DNA from: Henriciella sp.
GTDB taxonomy: Bacteria; Pseudomonadota; Alphaproteobacteria; Caulobacterales; Hyphomonadaceae
Assembly (NCBI GenBank): GCA_039970335.1
Contig: JBDVMC010000025.1
Location: forward strand, 216,629-280,628
Direction: 5' to 3'
Length of the DNA: 64,000 nt
Within the stretch, counting starts at the first letter, position 1. Each line of letters starts with the position of its first letter. The notes under the pieces were generated by a model. The model made no database searches. It was not told where the DNA came from and saw only the letters and a list, made by a program, of their open reading frames with translations. Position numbers and translations under genes: made by a program. This document shows, piece by piece, positions 1-9,765 of this stretch.

Positions 1-2
1 CT

Positions 3-1112
3 GCCGACAAAGTTGTCTTTGACAGCTGGTCGATGAACGGCCTGACTGGCGACTTCTCTGATACGGAAGCTGAAGGCACGTTCGGGATCGACAAAATCGA
101 AATCCGCGACATGACCGATCTGAAAGCAGCTAAAACTGTGATCAGTGGCCTTACTTTAAACGGTACGGACTCTTCGGATGATGTTGATTTCGACATCAAG
201 CTTGGCAGCATGACCGCGACGAATGTCGACGCGAAGTTCATCAAAGCAATCCAAGAGAATGTCGATGATGAAGAGGCGATGATGTCTGCGATCATGGACA
301 TGGCTTATGATAATCCAATGGAGCCAGGCTATGACGCGTTCACACTGGACGACCTAGCCGTTGACGTGGCTGGCGCTTCTTTCGCCATTCCAAGTCTTGT
401 TGCAGGGGTTGAGCGCAATGCCGCTGGACAGCCTGTAAAGTTCATCACTGAGCCTTACTCAATGACCCTCAAAGCCGATGGTGCTGGCGGCGAAGTTGGC
501 GAAGCTTTGCTGCAAGGCCTCAGCGTTGTTGGCTATGAAGAGCTCGAAATGAAAGGCGCAAGCGTTGCGTCTTACGATCCAGACCAAGACATCGTGTCCT
601 TCGATGCTGGCTCTAACTATTTCGAACTCGTAGACGGTGCCAAGTTCAGCTTTGGTGGCAAGATCGAAGGCTATGCAGACGCCAATCGTAAGATGGGCGA
701 AGCGATGGACTTTGAGGCCCTCTCAAATGGCGGCGAACCAGACCCAAGCGCAATGCAAGACGCCTTTAGCGGCCTGACATTCCATAATTTTGAAATGTCG
801 ATCGCTGATGACTCTTTGCTCGATCGTGCATTTAACGCAGCAGCAACCGCCCAAGGCGCAGACCCTGCTGAGTTGAAATCGCAAATCGGTATGGGCCTCG
901 CAATGGCGCCAATGATGGCGCAAGGCTCTGGCGTTGATATGGCGTTGGTTACGGAAGCCACTGGCGCGCTGTCTAGCTTCATCAATGATGGTGGAACGCT
1001 GACCTTGAAATTGGCACCAGAGACTCCGCTTTCTGTTGCCTCGATCATGGCGAACCCAGATCCAGCAGCTTACACCAAAGATGTGCTCGGCTTTACCGCC
1101 ACACAGAAATAA
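3..1112 (+). CDS. hypothetical acidic protein, probably 5'-truncated by the window edge
   Basis: ORF 33..1112 stays open in the same frame back to nt 3, so the true start may lie upstream. Asp/Glu-rich, no family recognised. A strong terminator follows. Confidence 0.6.
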   Translation, partial: ADKVVFDSWSMNGLTGDFSDTEAEGTFGIDKIEIRDMTDLKAAKTVISGLTLNGTDSSDDVDFDIKLGSMTATNVDAKFIKAIQENVDDEEAMMSAIMDMAYDNPMEPGYDAFTLDDLAVDVAGASFAIPSLVAGVERNAAGQPVKFITEPYSMTLKADGAGGEVGEALLQGLSVVGYEELEMKGASVASYDPDQDIVSFDAGSNYFELVDGAKFSFGGKIEGYADANRKMGEAMDFEALSNGGEPDPSAMQDAFSGLTFHNFEMSIADDSLLDRAFNAAATAQGADPAELKSQIGMGLAMAPMMAQGSGVDMALVTEATGALSSFINDGGTLTLKLAPETPLSVASIMANPDPAAYTKDVLGFTATQK

Positions 1113-1135
1113 GCTCAGAAACCAATTTTAATTGA

Positions 1136-1172
1136 GCGCGCGGTACGGAAACGTATCGCGCGCTTTTCTTTT
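1136..1172 (+). terminator. rho-independent terminator
   Basis: 12-bp GC-rich stem gcgcgcggtacg / cgtatcgcgcgc (one G-U pair), GAAA loop, then ttttctttt. Confidence 0.8.
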
Positions 1173-1198
1173 GGGCTCGAAAGGCGCATAATCAGCGT

Positions 1199-2023
1199 AT
1201 GAAAATTGCTTTCTTCGGAGATGTTGTCGGCAAACCAGGCCGAAAAGCGGTGCGCGACCACCTTCCGGACGTGCGACAAACGCTTGGCTTGGACTTCGTT
1301 GTGGTCAATGCCGAGAATGCTGCAGGCGGCTTCGGCCTAACCGAGAATATCGCGAATGAGTTCTTCGATGCGGGCGCCGATTGCCTGACGCTCGGCGATC
1401 ATGCCTGGGACCAGCGCGAGGCCCTGACCTACATTGAGCGCGAACCGCGCTTGCTCCGCCCGCTCAATTATCCTGAGGCCGCGCAAGCGCCAGGCAAAGG
1501 CGCGCATCTTTTTATACTGCCTGATGGTCGCCGCGTCGGGGTCATTCAGGCCCAGGGCACCGTGTTTATGAAGCAATTGCTCGATAACCCGTTTGGCGCG
1601 GTGGACACTGCACTCGATGAAATGCCGCTCGGACTTGTCGCGGATGCGGTGATTGTCGACATGCATTGCGAGGCCACATCGGAAAAGATGGCAATGGGCC
1701 ACCATTGCGATGGCCGCGCCAGCATGGTCGTCGGTAGCCATACGCATGTCCCGACAGCCGATCATATGATCCTCAGCAGCGGCACCGGCTATCAAAGCGA
1801 TGCCGGCATGTGCGGCGACTATGACAGCGTGATTGGCATGCAGAAAGATAACTCGCTGCGCCGGTTCGCCACCCAGCTTCCCGGATCACGCTATGAGCCT
1901 GCGCTTGGCGAGGGTACGCTGTGCGGCCTGTTCGTCGAAACAGATGATGCGACCGGCCTCGCCAAACGCTGCGACCCGATCCGCGTCGGCGGGCGTTTGT
2001 CTGAATTACTGCCGACCCTTTGA
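1199..2023 (+). CDS. YmdB-family metallophosphoesterase (2',3'-cyclic-nucleotide phosphodiesterase-like)
   Basis: N-terminus MKIAFFGDVVGKPGRKAV...DFVVVNAENAAGGFGLT matches the TIGR00282/YmdB pattern; 274 aa is a typical length. Confidence 0.85.
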   Translation: MKIAFFGDVVGKPGRKAVRDHLPDVRQTLGLDFVVVNAENAAGGFGLTENIANEFFDAGADCLTLGDHAWDQREALTYIEREPRLLRPLNYPEAAQAPGKGAHLFILPDGRRVGVIQAQGTVFMKQLLDNPFGAVDTALDEMPLGLVADAVIVDMHCEATSEKMAMGHHCDGRASMVVGSHTHVPTADHMILSSGTGYQSDAGMCGDYDSVIGMQKDNSLRRFATQLPGSRYEPALGEGTLCGLFVETDDATGLAKRCDPIRVGGRLSELLPTL

Positions 2024-2080
2024 ATTCCTGCGCAAGCTGAGTTAAGCACGCGGTTCTAGGAATTCACCGCAGGAGCCCTC

Positions 2081-2833
2081 ATGGCTGGCCATAGTAAATG
2101 GGCAAACATTCAGCATCGCAAAGGTGCCCAGGATAAGAAGCGCGCGGCGCTATTTTCGCGCCTCTCAAAAGAGATCACCATCGCCTCTAAGATGGGCGGT
2201 CCTGACCCTGATGGAAATCCGCGCCTGCGTCTGGCGATCGCCAATGCGCGCGGCCAATCTATGCCCAAAGACAATATCAAACGGGCGGTGGAAAAAGGCC
2301 AAGGCGGCGGCGGCGAAGACTATGTCGATATCCGTTATGAAGGCTTTGGCCCTGGCGGGGTCGGCGTGATCGTAGAAGCCTCGACCGACAATAAGAACCG
2401 TGCCGCGAGTGAAATCCGCACCGCGTTTTCCAAGAATGGCGGCAATCTCGGCGAGACAGGATCGGTCTCTTTCGGGTTCGAGAATGTCGGCGAAATTCAA
2501 TTCGCGCTGGAAGCAGGCGATGAGGAAACTCTGATGGAAGCCGCGCTGGAAGCTGGTGCCAGCGATGTTGAGAGTGATGAGGATGGCCACTTCATCTATA
2601 CTGAACGCGAAGAGCTGTCCGATGTTGCCTCTGCGTTGGAAGGCCAGTTTGGCGAGATCGAAGCCAAATCAACCAAGCTGATCTGGAAACCGCAAAACAC
2701 GGTTCCGATTGAGGGCGACGATGCTGAAAAGCTGATGCGGCTCCTGGATGTGCTGGACGATCTCGACGATGTCGCAAACATCTATGACAATTCCGAACTC
2801 TCTGCCGAAGAGATTGAGCGCCTCGCCGGGTAA
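2081..2833 (+). CDS. YebC/PmpR family DNA-binding transcriptional regulator
   Basis: MAGHSKWANIQHRKGAQDKKRA N-terminus is diagnostic; 250 aa. Confidence 0.95.
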   Translation: MAGHSKWANIQHRKGAQDKKRAALFSRLSKEITIASKMGGPDPDGNPRLRLAIANARGQSMPKDNIKRAVEKGQGGGGEDYVDIRYEGFGPGGVGVIVEASTDNKNRAASEIRTAFSKNGGNLGETGSVSFGFENVGEIQFALEAGDEETLMEAALEAGASDVESDEDGHFIYTEREELSDVASALEGQFGEIEAKSTKLIWKPQNTVPIEGDDAEKLMRLLDVLDDLDDVANIYDNSELSAEEIERLAG

Positions 2834-2951
2834 GGCCACGCGCAGATCACGCGAGAACAAAAAGCTGTGAGAGCTGAAATCAGCGCTCGCATTTTTAATC
2901 GCGAATCGTCATATGCCTCAGCATACCCGACACGCATCTTTGGATCAGAAA

Positions 2952-3596
2952 ATGAAACTCACGCATCCACTTTCAATCGGACTACTCGCAGGCGGCCTCG
3001 CGGCGATGGCGGCTTTTTTTATGAGTGCAGGCGCTGAAGACAGCCAGCACGTCTCATCAGATAATGCCAATATTGAAACAGCGATCTTCGCGGGCGGATG
3101 CTTCTGGTGTGTGGAAAGCGACTTTGATAAAGTCGATGGCGTCTTGGAAACAGTGTCTGGCTATACTGGCGGAGCAACCACGAACCCAACCTACAAGACC
3201 CACACCAAAGAGGGTCATCTGGAAGCGGTGCGCGTTGTTTATGACAGTTCGAAAGTTGAGTATGGCGAACTGGTCAGTTTCTTCGTTCGACATATCGATC
3301 CAACCGATGATGGCGGCCAGTTCTGCGATCGCGGGAATTCTTATCGCACGGCGGTCTTCGTTGAAGGCGACGACGAGCGTAGCGAAGTCGAAGCCCAATT
3401 CTCATCCATCAGCAGCGCGAGCATTCTGCCAGGCCCGATCGTCACGCAGGTTCTGAACGAGACCGAATTCTATGAAGCCGAGGGCTATCATCAGAACTAT
3501 TACCAAAAGAACCCGGCGCGTTACAAACTCTACCGGGTAGGATGTGGCCGCGATAAGCGCGTTGCCGAAGTCTGGGCAAATGACGGCCGCAGCTAG
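2952..3596 (+). CDS. msrA: peptide-methionine (S)-S-oxide reductase MsrA, exported form
   Basis: GGCFWCVESDF active-site motif. Start set at MKLTHPLSIGLLAGGLAAMAAF (signal-peptide-like). The ORF also opens at 2913. Confidence 0.9.
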   Translation: MKLTHPLSIGLLAGGLAAMAAFFMSAGAEDSQHVSSDNANIETAIFAGGCFWCVESDFDKVDGVLETVSGYTGGATTNPTYKTHTKEGHLEAVRVVYDSSKVEYGELVSFFVRHIDPTDDGGQFCDRGNSYRTAVFVEGDDERSEVEAQFSSISSASILPGPIVTQVLNETEFYEAEGYHQNYYQKNPARYKLYRVGCGRDKRVAEVWANDGRS

Positions 3597-3717
3597 GCGG
3601 ATCTGTTCGCGCGAAGCCGCGCTTACGACCAAAATTTATGCCCTCCAGCTCGGCCACGATCCATACCGACGCTTGCCTCAATGGGTGGAAACGCCCACAT
3701 AGGGGCCAGATTGACCG

Positions 3718-4623
3718 ATGGAGTCTCAAGACATGTCCGATACAGCCGCTTCTCCGAATATTATGGATTCTTCCGATGACGCCTTCATGACTGACGTCAT
3801 TGAAGCTTCTAATGAGCAACCGGTCCTGGTTGATTTCTGGGCGCCGTGGTGTGGCCCGTGCCGAACACTAACCCCGACGCTCGAAAAAGTTATCGGTGAG
3901 CAAAACGGCAAAGTGAAGCTCGTCAAAATCAACACCGAGGAGCATCCAGGCGTCGCTGGCCAGATGGGTGTGCGGTCTATTCCATCCGTCTTCGCGTTTG
4001 ATAAAGGCCGACCCGTCAACGGTTTCCAGGGCGCCTTGCCCGAAAGCCAAGTGCGTCAGTTCATCGAGTCCATCCTCGGCGGAACAGACGGCGCGAAACA
4101 GTTACAAGAAGCGCTGGAGCAAGCTGAAGCGGCCGCACAAGCCGGCGATATTGGCACCGCCGCGCAGCTCTATGGCGCGGTGATGGAAGCCGATCCGGAA
4201 AACCCTGCCGCGATTGCCGGGCTCGCCCGCTGCTATCTCGCAAACGGCGATCCAGAGCGGGCGCGCCAAATCCTCGAAACGGCGCCAGAAGACAAAGCCA
4301 ACGATCCCGCGATCAAGTCCGTTCGCACCGCTCTCGACCTGATGGCCGAGGCGCCGCTCGACGAAGATCTTGCCAGCGCGAAAGAAACCGTCGCTGCCAA
4401 TCCTGAAAACCATGATGCCCGGTTTGAGCTCGCCGAGAAGTTGATTGGCCAAGGCAAAAACAAAGACGCCGCAGATCATCTTCTGACCATCCTGGAAGCC
4501 AAACTCGACTGGCAAGACGGTAAAGCCAAAACCAAATTGCTTGAGATCTTTGAGGCTGCCGGCCCAAAAGACCCGGTGACCATCGAAGGGCGCAGACGCC
4601 TCGGCTCGCTGATGTTTGCTTAA
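3718..4623 (+). CDS. thioredoxin-domain plus TPR protein (YbbN/CnoX-like co-chaperone)
   Basis: VLVDFWAPWCGPC thioredoxin motif followed by a helical, Ala-rich TPR-like C-terminal half. Alternative ATG at 3733. Confidence 0.85.
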   Translation: MESQDMSDTAASPNIMDSSDDAFMTDVIEASNEQPVLVDFWAPWCGPCRTLTPTLEKVIGEQNGKVKLVKINTEEHPGVAGQMGVRSIPSVFAFDKGRPVNGFQGALPESQVRQFIESILGGTDGAKQLQEALEQAEAAAQAGDIGTAAQLYGAVMEADPENPAAIAGLARCYLANGDPERARQILETAPEDKANDPAIKSVRTALDLMAEAPLDEDLASAKETVAANPENHDARFELAEKLIGQGKNKDAADHLLTILEAKLDWQDGKAKTKLLEIFEAAGPKDPVTIEGRRRLGSLMFA

Positions 4624-4699
4624 ACCTGAGCAAACAAAACTCGCCGATCCCCCGGATCACTCCATTTCATGTTATGGAGCGGGAAAAACAGGAGATGTT

Positions 4700-5350
4700 G
4701 TGGCCCTAGAGACCTATCGCAAAACCTCGGATCTGCCGGATACAATTCCGGTGTTTCCGCTTTCGGGAGTGCTTCTCTTCCCGCGTTGGTCGCTGCCGCT
4801 CAATATTTTCGAACCGCGCTATTTGAACATGATTGATGATGCGATGTCCGGGCCTCGCCTGATTGGCATGATCCAATCAAACGGCGATGACCGCATTCAG
4901 CCTTCTTTGGTCGGAACCGGCTGCGTTGGCCGCATCACCTCTTATTCAGAGACCGATGACGGTCGCTATCTGATCTCGCTCAGCGGGATTTGCCGCTTCC
5001 ATGTCGGCCGCGAGCTTGAGGCTGAAACGCCTTATCGCCAGGTTCGCGCAAATTGGGATGCGTTTGAGAAAGACTTGGCGTCGCCGCCGGACAACACCCT
5101 GCCCGACCGGTTGATGCTGGTGAACTCCTTGAAGCGCTACACGCAGATCAACTCAATGGAAGTTGATTGGGAAGCGGTCGAACACGCCCCGATGGAAACC
5201 TTGATCAATGCCCTTTGTGCGGGCTGTCCGTTTGGAACGCTTGAAAAGCAGGCGCTGCTTGAGGCTCCGACAGTTTTGGACCGCGCGCAAACGCTGATCA
5301 CCTTGCTTGACATGGACGTGCCTGGGGATGACAGCTCGACCGTACAATGA
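4700..5350 (+). CDS. LON peptidase substrate-binding (Lon N-terminal) domain protein
   Basis: [29 protein letters not shown] motif. Start placed at the in-frame GTG 4700, 5 nt after GGAG. The ORF track opens at 4616, overlapping the previous gene. Confidence 0.8.
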   Translation: MALETYRKTSDLPDTIPVFPLSGVLLFPRWSLPLNIFEPRYLNMIDDAMSGPRLIGMIQSNGDDRIQPSLVGTGCVGRITSYSETDDGRYLISLSGICRFHVGRELEAETPYRQVRANWDAFEKDLASPPDNTLPDRLMLVNSLKRYTQINSMEVDWEAVEHAPMETLINALCAGCPFGTLEKQALLEAPTVLDRAQTLITLLDMDVPGDDSSTVQ

Positions 5351-5565
5351 CTGACAAAACTGCTGATACTACATCTGCGCCCTGCGGCGTTAGCCCGCGT
5401 CTTTTAGAGGTGCTGATCTGCCCCGTTACCGGCGGCCCGCTCGTGTTTGATCGCGACGCGTGTGAACTCGTCTCCAAGAAAGCGAAACTCGCCTTTCCGA
5501 TCCGAGATGGGTTGCCGATCCTGCTCGAAACCGAAGCCCGCGACTTGGACGCACCGCCTGCATGA
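5347..5565 (+). CDS. Trm112 family protein (UPF0434)
   Basis: [14 protein letters not shown]...[12 protein letters not shown]; 72 aa; ATGA overlap with the upstream gene. Confidence 0.85.
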   Translation: MTDKTADTTSAPCGVSPRLLEVLICPVTGGPLVFDRDACELVSKKAKLAFPIRDGLPILLETEARDLDAPPA

Positions 5566-5873
5566 GCAAGCGCGCCTGGCCAACCGAGCTGCGGTTTTCA
5601 AAGCACAAGCAGGCTCTGACCGTCAGCTTTGATGATGGTGAGGCGTTTGCCCTGCCCTATAAAATGCTGCGCCTGGAAAGCCCATCGGCGGATGTCCAAG
5701 GCCATGGCAGCGGCCCAAAACCGCCGCCGCCGATTGTCAGTGATGACATAGGCGTCGAAAAAGCCGACCCGGTTGGCCGCTATGCTGTACGGATCCATTT
5801 CAGCGATGGTCATGCCAATGGGCTCTACACCTGGGCCTATTTGCGCGAGCTTGGTGAGAAACTCGCCGCTTAA
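5562..5873 (+). CDS. DUF971 (gamma-butyrobetaine hydroxylase-like N-terminal) domain protein
   Basis: [14 protein letters not shown]...[21 protein letters not shown] is typical of DUF971; overlaps the Trm112 stop. Confidence 0.75.
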   Translation: MSKRAWPTELRFSKHKQALTVSFDDGEAFALPYKMLRLESPSADVQGHGSGPKPPPPIVSDDIGVEKADPVGRYAVRIHFSDGHANGLYTWAYLRELGEKLAA

Positions 5874-6200
5874 GGTCCCTTACCGATCAGACCAATCATG
5901 CCTATATAGCGACAGCACAGTGGCTGGGGCGTTCGAGAACGGTCAGTTATCCGCCGACCTTAATTACCGTCAGGGAGCTGGCTCTGGACTGGACCGTGGT
6001 CCTAACTAACCGGCACCCACCTAGCATCTAGGTCGACGGGATACGAGCACCAAAGACGGCGTCTTCGGTCCTGTGCGCATAGTTTTGGGGAGCATGCTCC
6101 CCTGGGATGCTGGCTTTCGGCAGCGGTTTGGCGTTTAGATTTCTGGTCCATTGAGCGGTTCCCACGACTCTTGTGGAACGCCCTAAGACTGACGTTCAGC

Positions 6201-7220
6201 TTACAATTCAGACCCCAGCTTCCCTGGGCTGTGGCCAGTCCAGCGTTTAAACGCGCGCGAGAATGAACTCGGTTCGGAGAATCCGACCAAATAAGCGGTC
6301 TCGTTGATCGATACTTTTTCGCCCTCAAGATAGTGGCGCGCCATGCGGTGGCGTAGATCATCGAGGATGTTTTCAAAGGTAATGTCTTCGGATTTGAGCT
6401 TACGATAGAGCGTTTGCCGCGACACAAGCATGGTATCGGCGATCTTCTGCATACTGATCTCACCCGTGTGCAAGATCGGTAGCAGATGCTGCTCGACTTC
6501 AGACCGCACCGTCCGGCTTGCTTCAAGGTCGGCCAGCAAGTGGTCGGCATGTTTGGTCAGCACCCCGAAAACATAGCGAGGCTTTGGCCAAAGTTGTAAA
6601 TTCTCCCAGGCGGCATCGACGCGCATCGCGTTTCGATCAGAGCCAAACACAATTGGACACTCCAGAACGCGTTCATAATGCTCAGCGTAGCTCGGAGCCT
6701 CATGGGTGACGTGGGCTAAATTGACTAATTTCAAGTCTTTGAAGTTTCGATTGTAGCCGCAAATGAACCGGCCGAGCGTTGACTCGGTCAGTTCTGGAAA
6801 ATCGTTTGGGTTCTTTCGCGCATCATCAATCCACAAGCCGTCATGTCGCTTAATCAACCGGAAGCGATCTTCTCCCTCCGCGACACCTTCGACTTCGATA
6901 ATCAATCGATGATAGCGGTTCATTTGTTCGAACGCTTCGCGCATGGTGGTCGCCGAGTGCGCAACCAGACCAACGATCGATAGCTCTTCGAATTTGACGA
7001 CAGATCCGAAGGTCAGCGCCAGTTCAGGCGTATTGGCGAGCGTTTTTCCAGCTCTCATCACAGCCTTAAACACCGAAAACGGAATGCGCTTTTCGGGATC
7101 GTTAAGCGCGTCCTCCGCAATGCCCCCCTGCTCTAACAGAGCGCCGCGATCGGCGCCGATCGATACCGCAAGATCAATCAAGGATGCCACATAGCCAACA
7201 GATACGGTTGCATGTCCCAT
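6201..7220 (-). CDS. AraC family transcriptional regulator (OruR-like, N-terminal AraC-binding-like domain)
   Basis: C-terminal HTH_18-type signature: TMLVSRQTLYRKLKSEDITFENILDDLRHRMARHYL...ETAYLVGFSEPSSFSRAFKRWTGHSP. Confidence 0.9.
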   Translation of the reverse strand: MGHATVSVGYVASLIDLAVSIGADRGALLEQGGIAEDALNDPEKRIPFSVFKAVMRAGKTLANTPELALTFGSVVKFEELSIVGLVAHSATTMREAFEQMNRYHRLIIEVEGVAEGEDRFRLIKRHDGLWIDDARKNPNDFPELTESTLGRFICGYNRNFKDLKLVNLAHVTHEAPSYAEHYERVLECPIVFGSDRNAMRVDAAWENLQLWPKPRYVFGVLTKHADHLLADLEASRTVRSEVEQHLLPILHTGEISMQKIADTMLVSRQTLYRKLKSEDITFENILDDLRHRMARHYLEGEKVSINETAYLVGFSEPSSFSRAFKRWTGHSPGKLGSEL

Positions 7221-7361
7221 TTAGATGATAACCTTTCAGCACGCGCTCGAGACAGTTTTGTTACCAGAAGTCATGTCTTTGATGGAAGGCGTCATGTCCA
7301 CCTTCTGGCGCGACTGCCAATTTGGAGCTCGGAGAGACCCACAAAACTAAAGTTAGCATAC

Positions 7362-8189
7362 ATGACCGACATCGCCATCAAGCCATCACGTTCACAATCT
7401 TATTCGAGCCGACAATTGCTGAACCATTCCGCAAAACTCTGGTTCACAGTCACTGTCATAGGGCAGGTGGCTTTCGTGGCCTATATCGCCGCCTTTTATG
7501 GCGGAACAGCCTTGAAGGGAGATTTCAATGCCTGGGACGGACGCATGTTCAATGGCTTCATCTCCGGCGACATATTGGGTAATCTCAACATCATTCTTCA
7601 TATCACGCTCGCCTTTATCATTACCGCTAGCGGCCCCGTTCAATTCATTCCAACCATTCGAAATCGGTTTCGAACATTTCATCGCTGGAATGGCCGCGTC
7701 TATGCGACCAGCGCGATCATCATTAGCCTTGGCGCACTGTATTTAACTTGGACGCGCAATGGGATTGGCGAGCCCCTGAATGATATTGGCATAACGCTCA
7801 ATGGAATCGCGATCCTAACGTTCGCAACGCTCACGGCCCGAACCGCGATGGCGCGAGATTTTAAGTCGCACCAGAGATGGGCATTGCGCCTGTTCCTGGC
7901 GGTTAGCGGCGTTTGGTATATGCGTTTGGGCTACGGATTATACGCCTTCCTGTCGGGCGGGGCGTCACCCGGCTCTTCACAGATGCTCGACGGGCCGTTC
8001 GATATAGCGCTGAGCTTTGCGATCACATTGGTTCCATTGGCGTGTTTGGAATTGTTCTTCCGGTCACGCGACAGCAAGAACCCTATCTCGCAGGCCTTCA
8101 TGGCGGGCGGCGTGGTCGTGCTTGCGCTGGCGACCGCGATTGGATCCTATATGGCAGCACAAATCTTTTGGCTCTCAAGTTTCAGCTAG
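7362..8189 (+). CDS. polytopic membrane protein, DUF2306-like
   Basis: About 6 hydrophobic segments and an HRWNGRVY motif. Start moved to ATG 7362 (MTDIAIK) because the 7212 start overlaps the divergent araC start. Confidence 0.6.
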   Translation: MTDIAIKPSRSQSYSSRQLLNHSAKLWFTVTVIGQVAFVAYIAAFYGGTALKGDFNAWDGRMFNGFISGDILGNLNIILHITLAFIITASGPVQFIPTIRNRFRTFHRWNGRVYATSAIIISLGALYLTWTRNGIGEPLNDIGITLNGIAILTFATLTARTAMARDFKSHQRWALRLFLAVSGVWYMRLGYGLYAFLSGGASPGSSQMLDGPFDIALSFAITLVPLACLELFFRSRDSKNPISQAFMAGGVVVLALATAIGSYMAAQIFWLSSFS

Positions 8190-8314
8190 TTCGACGGTCT
8201 CCCCCCGGAGAAGCTAACCACCCCGCCGGTGCCGAAAGCTGATATGAGTTGAGCGAGCTAAATTCACCTCAAACAAGTCGGTGACTCGGTTTTTGCCGGG
8301 GCTCTCAACAAATC

Positions 8315-8926
8315 TCAGTCGCAAGGTATGCGGGTGGCTCTAAGTCTAAATTGCGGCACCCATCCACTGTCTGGGTCGTTGACATAGCTGGTGCGATACC
8401 AGTGGTCGGCATCTTCTACCGTGAACTCAGCTAGAGATTTTATATCCGCAGGATAGACATTCCACATGGTTAGTTTTCCATCACGCATCTCCGCGCGCAA
8501 ATCCTGAACTTGTTTGCCGACCGTCGAAATCCACATCATCTTCCAGACCCCTTCATCGGCGTCGTATAATCGGACGTTTACGCCACGCGGTGCATTCGGA
8601 TCGACATCAGGGTTGGGATCATACCACTCATCAGTGATCGTCATTCCATCGAGCGAGTAATGACCCCTCCAACGTGCATGCGGACCCGGGCGCGGCGGCG
8701 ACCAACCTCGCGGCGTCATCGCATGACTGGTGATGTCATAATTTCCAATCAGGAAGGAGAATTGCGCAAATTCTTCTGGGGCATCGGGGTGAGCGCTGCC
8801 ATAGTCGCAATTTGCCAAGGGTGCTGTTTCCAAAGCGGCGGATAGAGAGGGGGGCGATACGGCGCACGCCGAGACAGCCAGCCCCGCGACTGCAATCAAA
8901 CATGTCTTACGGTAAAACATGGCCAT
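8315..8926 (-). CDS. hypothetical lipoprotein / exported protein
   Basis: Signal peptide with lipobox-like LAVSAC; no family recognised. Confidence 0.6.
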   Translation of the reverse strand: MAMFYRKTCLIAVAGLAVSACAVSPPSLSAALETAPLANCDYGSAHPDAPEEFAQFSFLIGNYDITSHAMTPRGWSPPRPGPHARWRGHYSLDGMTITDEWYDPNPDVDPNAPRGVNVRLYDADEGVWKMMWISTVGKQVQDLRAEMRDGKLTMWNVYPADIKSLAEFTVEDADHWYRTSYVNDPDSGWVPQFRLRATRIPCD

Positions 8927-9018
8927 TCCTCCGTCTTTTCAGAGCGACCTTAGATATCGATCGAATATCCCACAAGGTGGATGTGGCCACGTCTAATCAA
9001 ACCCAAGCGTTTCGGGAA

Positions 9019-9765
9019 CTAGCCGGCCTGGTCTTTCAGCTTATGCGCCGCGAGCCGGTGGTAGATCAACAAAGCTTCGTCATAAATGCTGGCCATCTCT
9101 GTACCCATCTCCGGCAACCCACCAGGCGCGGGCCCAAACCCGGTTGAGCGCCAGACGGCGTCATACCAATGCGACGCCCAAGCCCCATCTTCCGGCTTCT
9201 CCCCTGCGCTCCAGACGAGCATTTCTGAGCGCCACTCGATCCCGAGCGCGGAACAGAGTGCCCGCGTCATGCCTTTCGGATCGCGCAAAATGTCGGTGCT
9301 GTCGATCACCAAAGGCGTACGGCCTTCGAGATCTTTTGCGTGTTCAAACAGGCTGAGCTGCTGCGGAAATCCAATCGCCTCCAGACTGATATTGTCCATC
9401 TTGCGCGCATAGGAGGCGATCACACGGGCGGGATGACGGATCAGGAAGACGTTGCGGCACGCCGCCATCCAATCGCGCGGAATGCCCTCAACCATGTGAT
9501 GCGTCATATGCTTTTGATAAAACACGCTGGCTGCCGCGTCGGGGCAATCTGTCATATCCCGCGCGACCGCGACCGGGGCGCGGCTTTGCGTCGCGAAAAT
9601 CTCTTCCGTCATCGGATGACGCAGGCCCGTCTGGTCGAGATAGGCCGCATAGAAAGGCTCATCAACACAGACCGTGTCCGGCCGCGCGCCAAAGCTGCGC
9701 ATCATTGTCGTCGACATATTGCGCGGCCCAGACCACATCGCGATACGGAGCGGTTCGGGGGTCAT
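9019..9765 (-). CDS. uncharacterised sulfotransferase-fold (P-loop-like) protein
   Basis: N-terminal WSGPRNMSTTMMRSF resembles the 5'-PSB loop (PKxGTT) of sulfotransferases. ATGA overlap with the upstream aminotransferase gene. Confidence 0.5.
   Translation of the reverse strand: MTPEPLRIAMWSGPRNMSTTMMRSFGARPDTVCVDEPFYAAYLDQTGLRHPMTEEIFATQSRAPVAVARDMTDCPDAAASVFYQKHMTHHMVEGIPRDWMAACRNVFLIRHPARVIASYARKMDNISLEAIGFPQQLSLFEHAKDLEGRTPLVIDSTDILRDPKGMTRALCSALGIEWRSEMLVWSAGEKPEDGAWASHWYDAVWRSTGFGPAPGGLPEMGTEMASIYDEALLIYHRLAAHKLKDQAG

Noticed and set aside
5874-6200. Possible tmRNA (ssrA), including the permuted two-piece alphaproteobacterial form, suggested by aggtcgacgggat and cggcacccacc
   Set aside because: There is no G-rich 5' acceptor strand next to the GACGGGA element. 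No acceptor pairing gives a G3:U70 pair (the 3' strand would read ...CCCACC, not ...UCCACCA). No 7-nt T-loop arm of the GGTTCGA type is present. No tag reading frame ending in AA on either strand. Length and motifs also do not fit RNase P RNA, SRP RNA or a tRNA.
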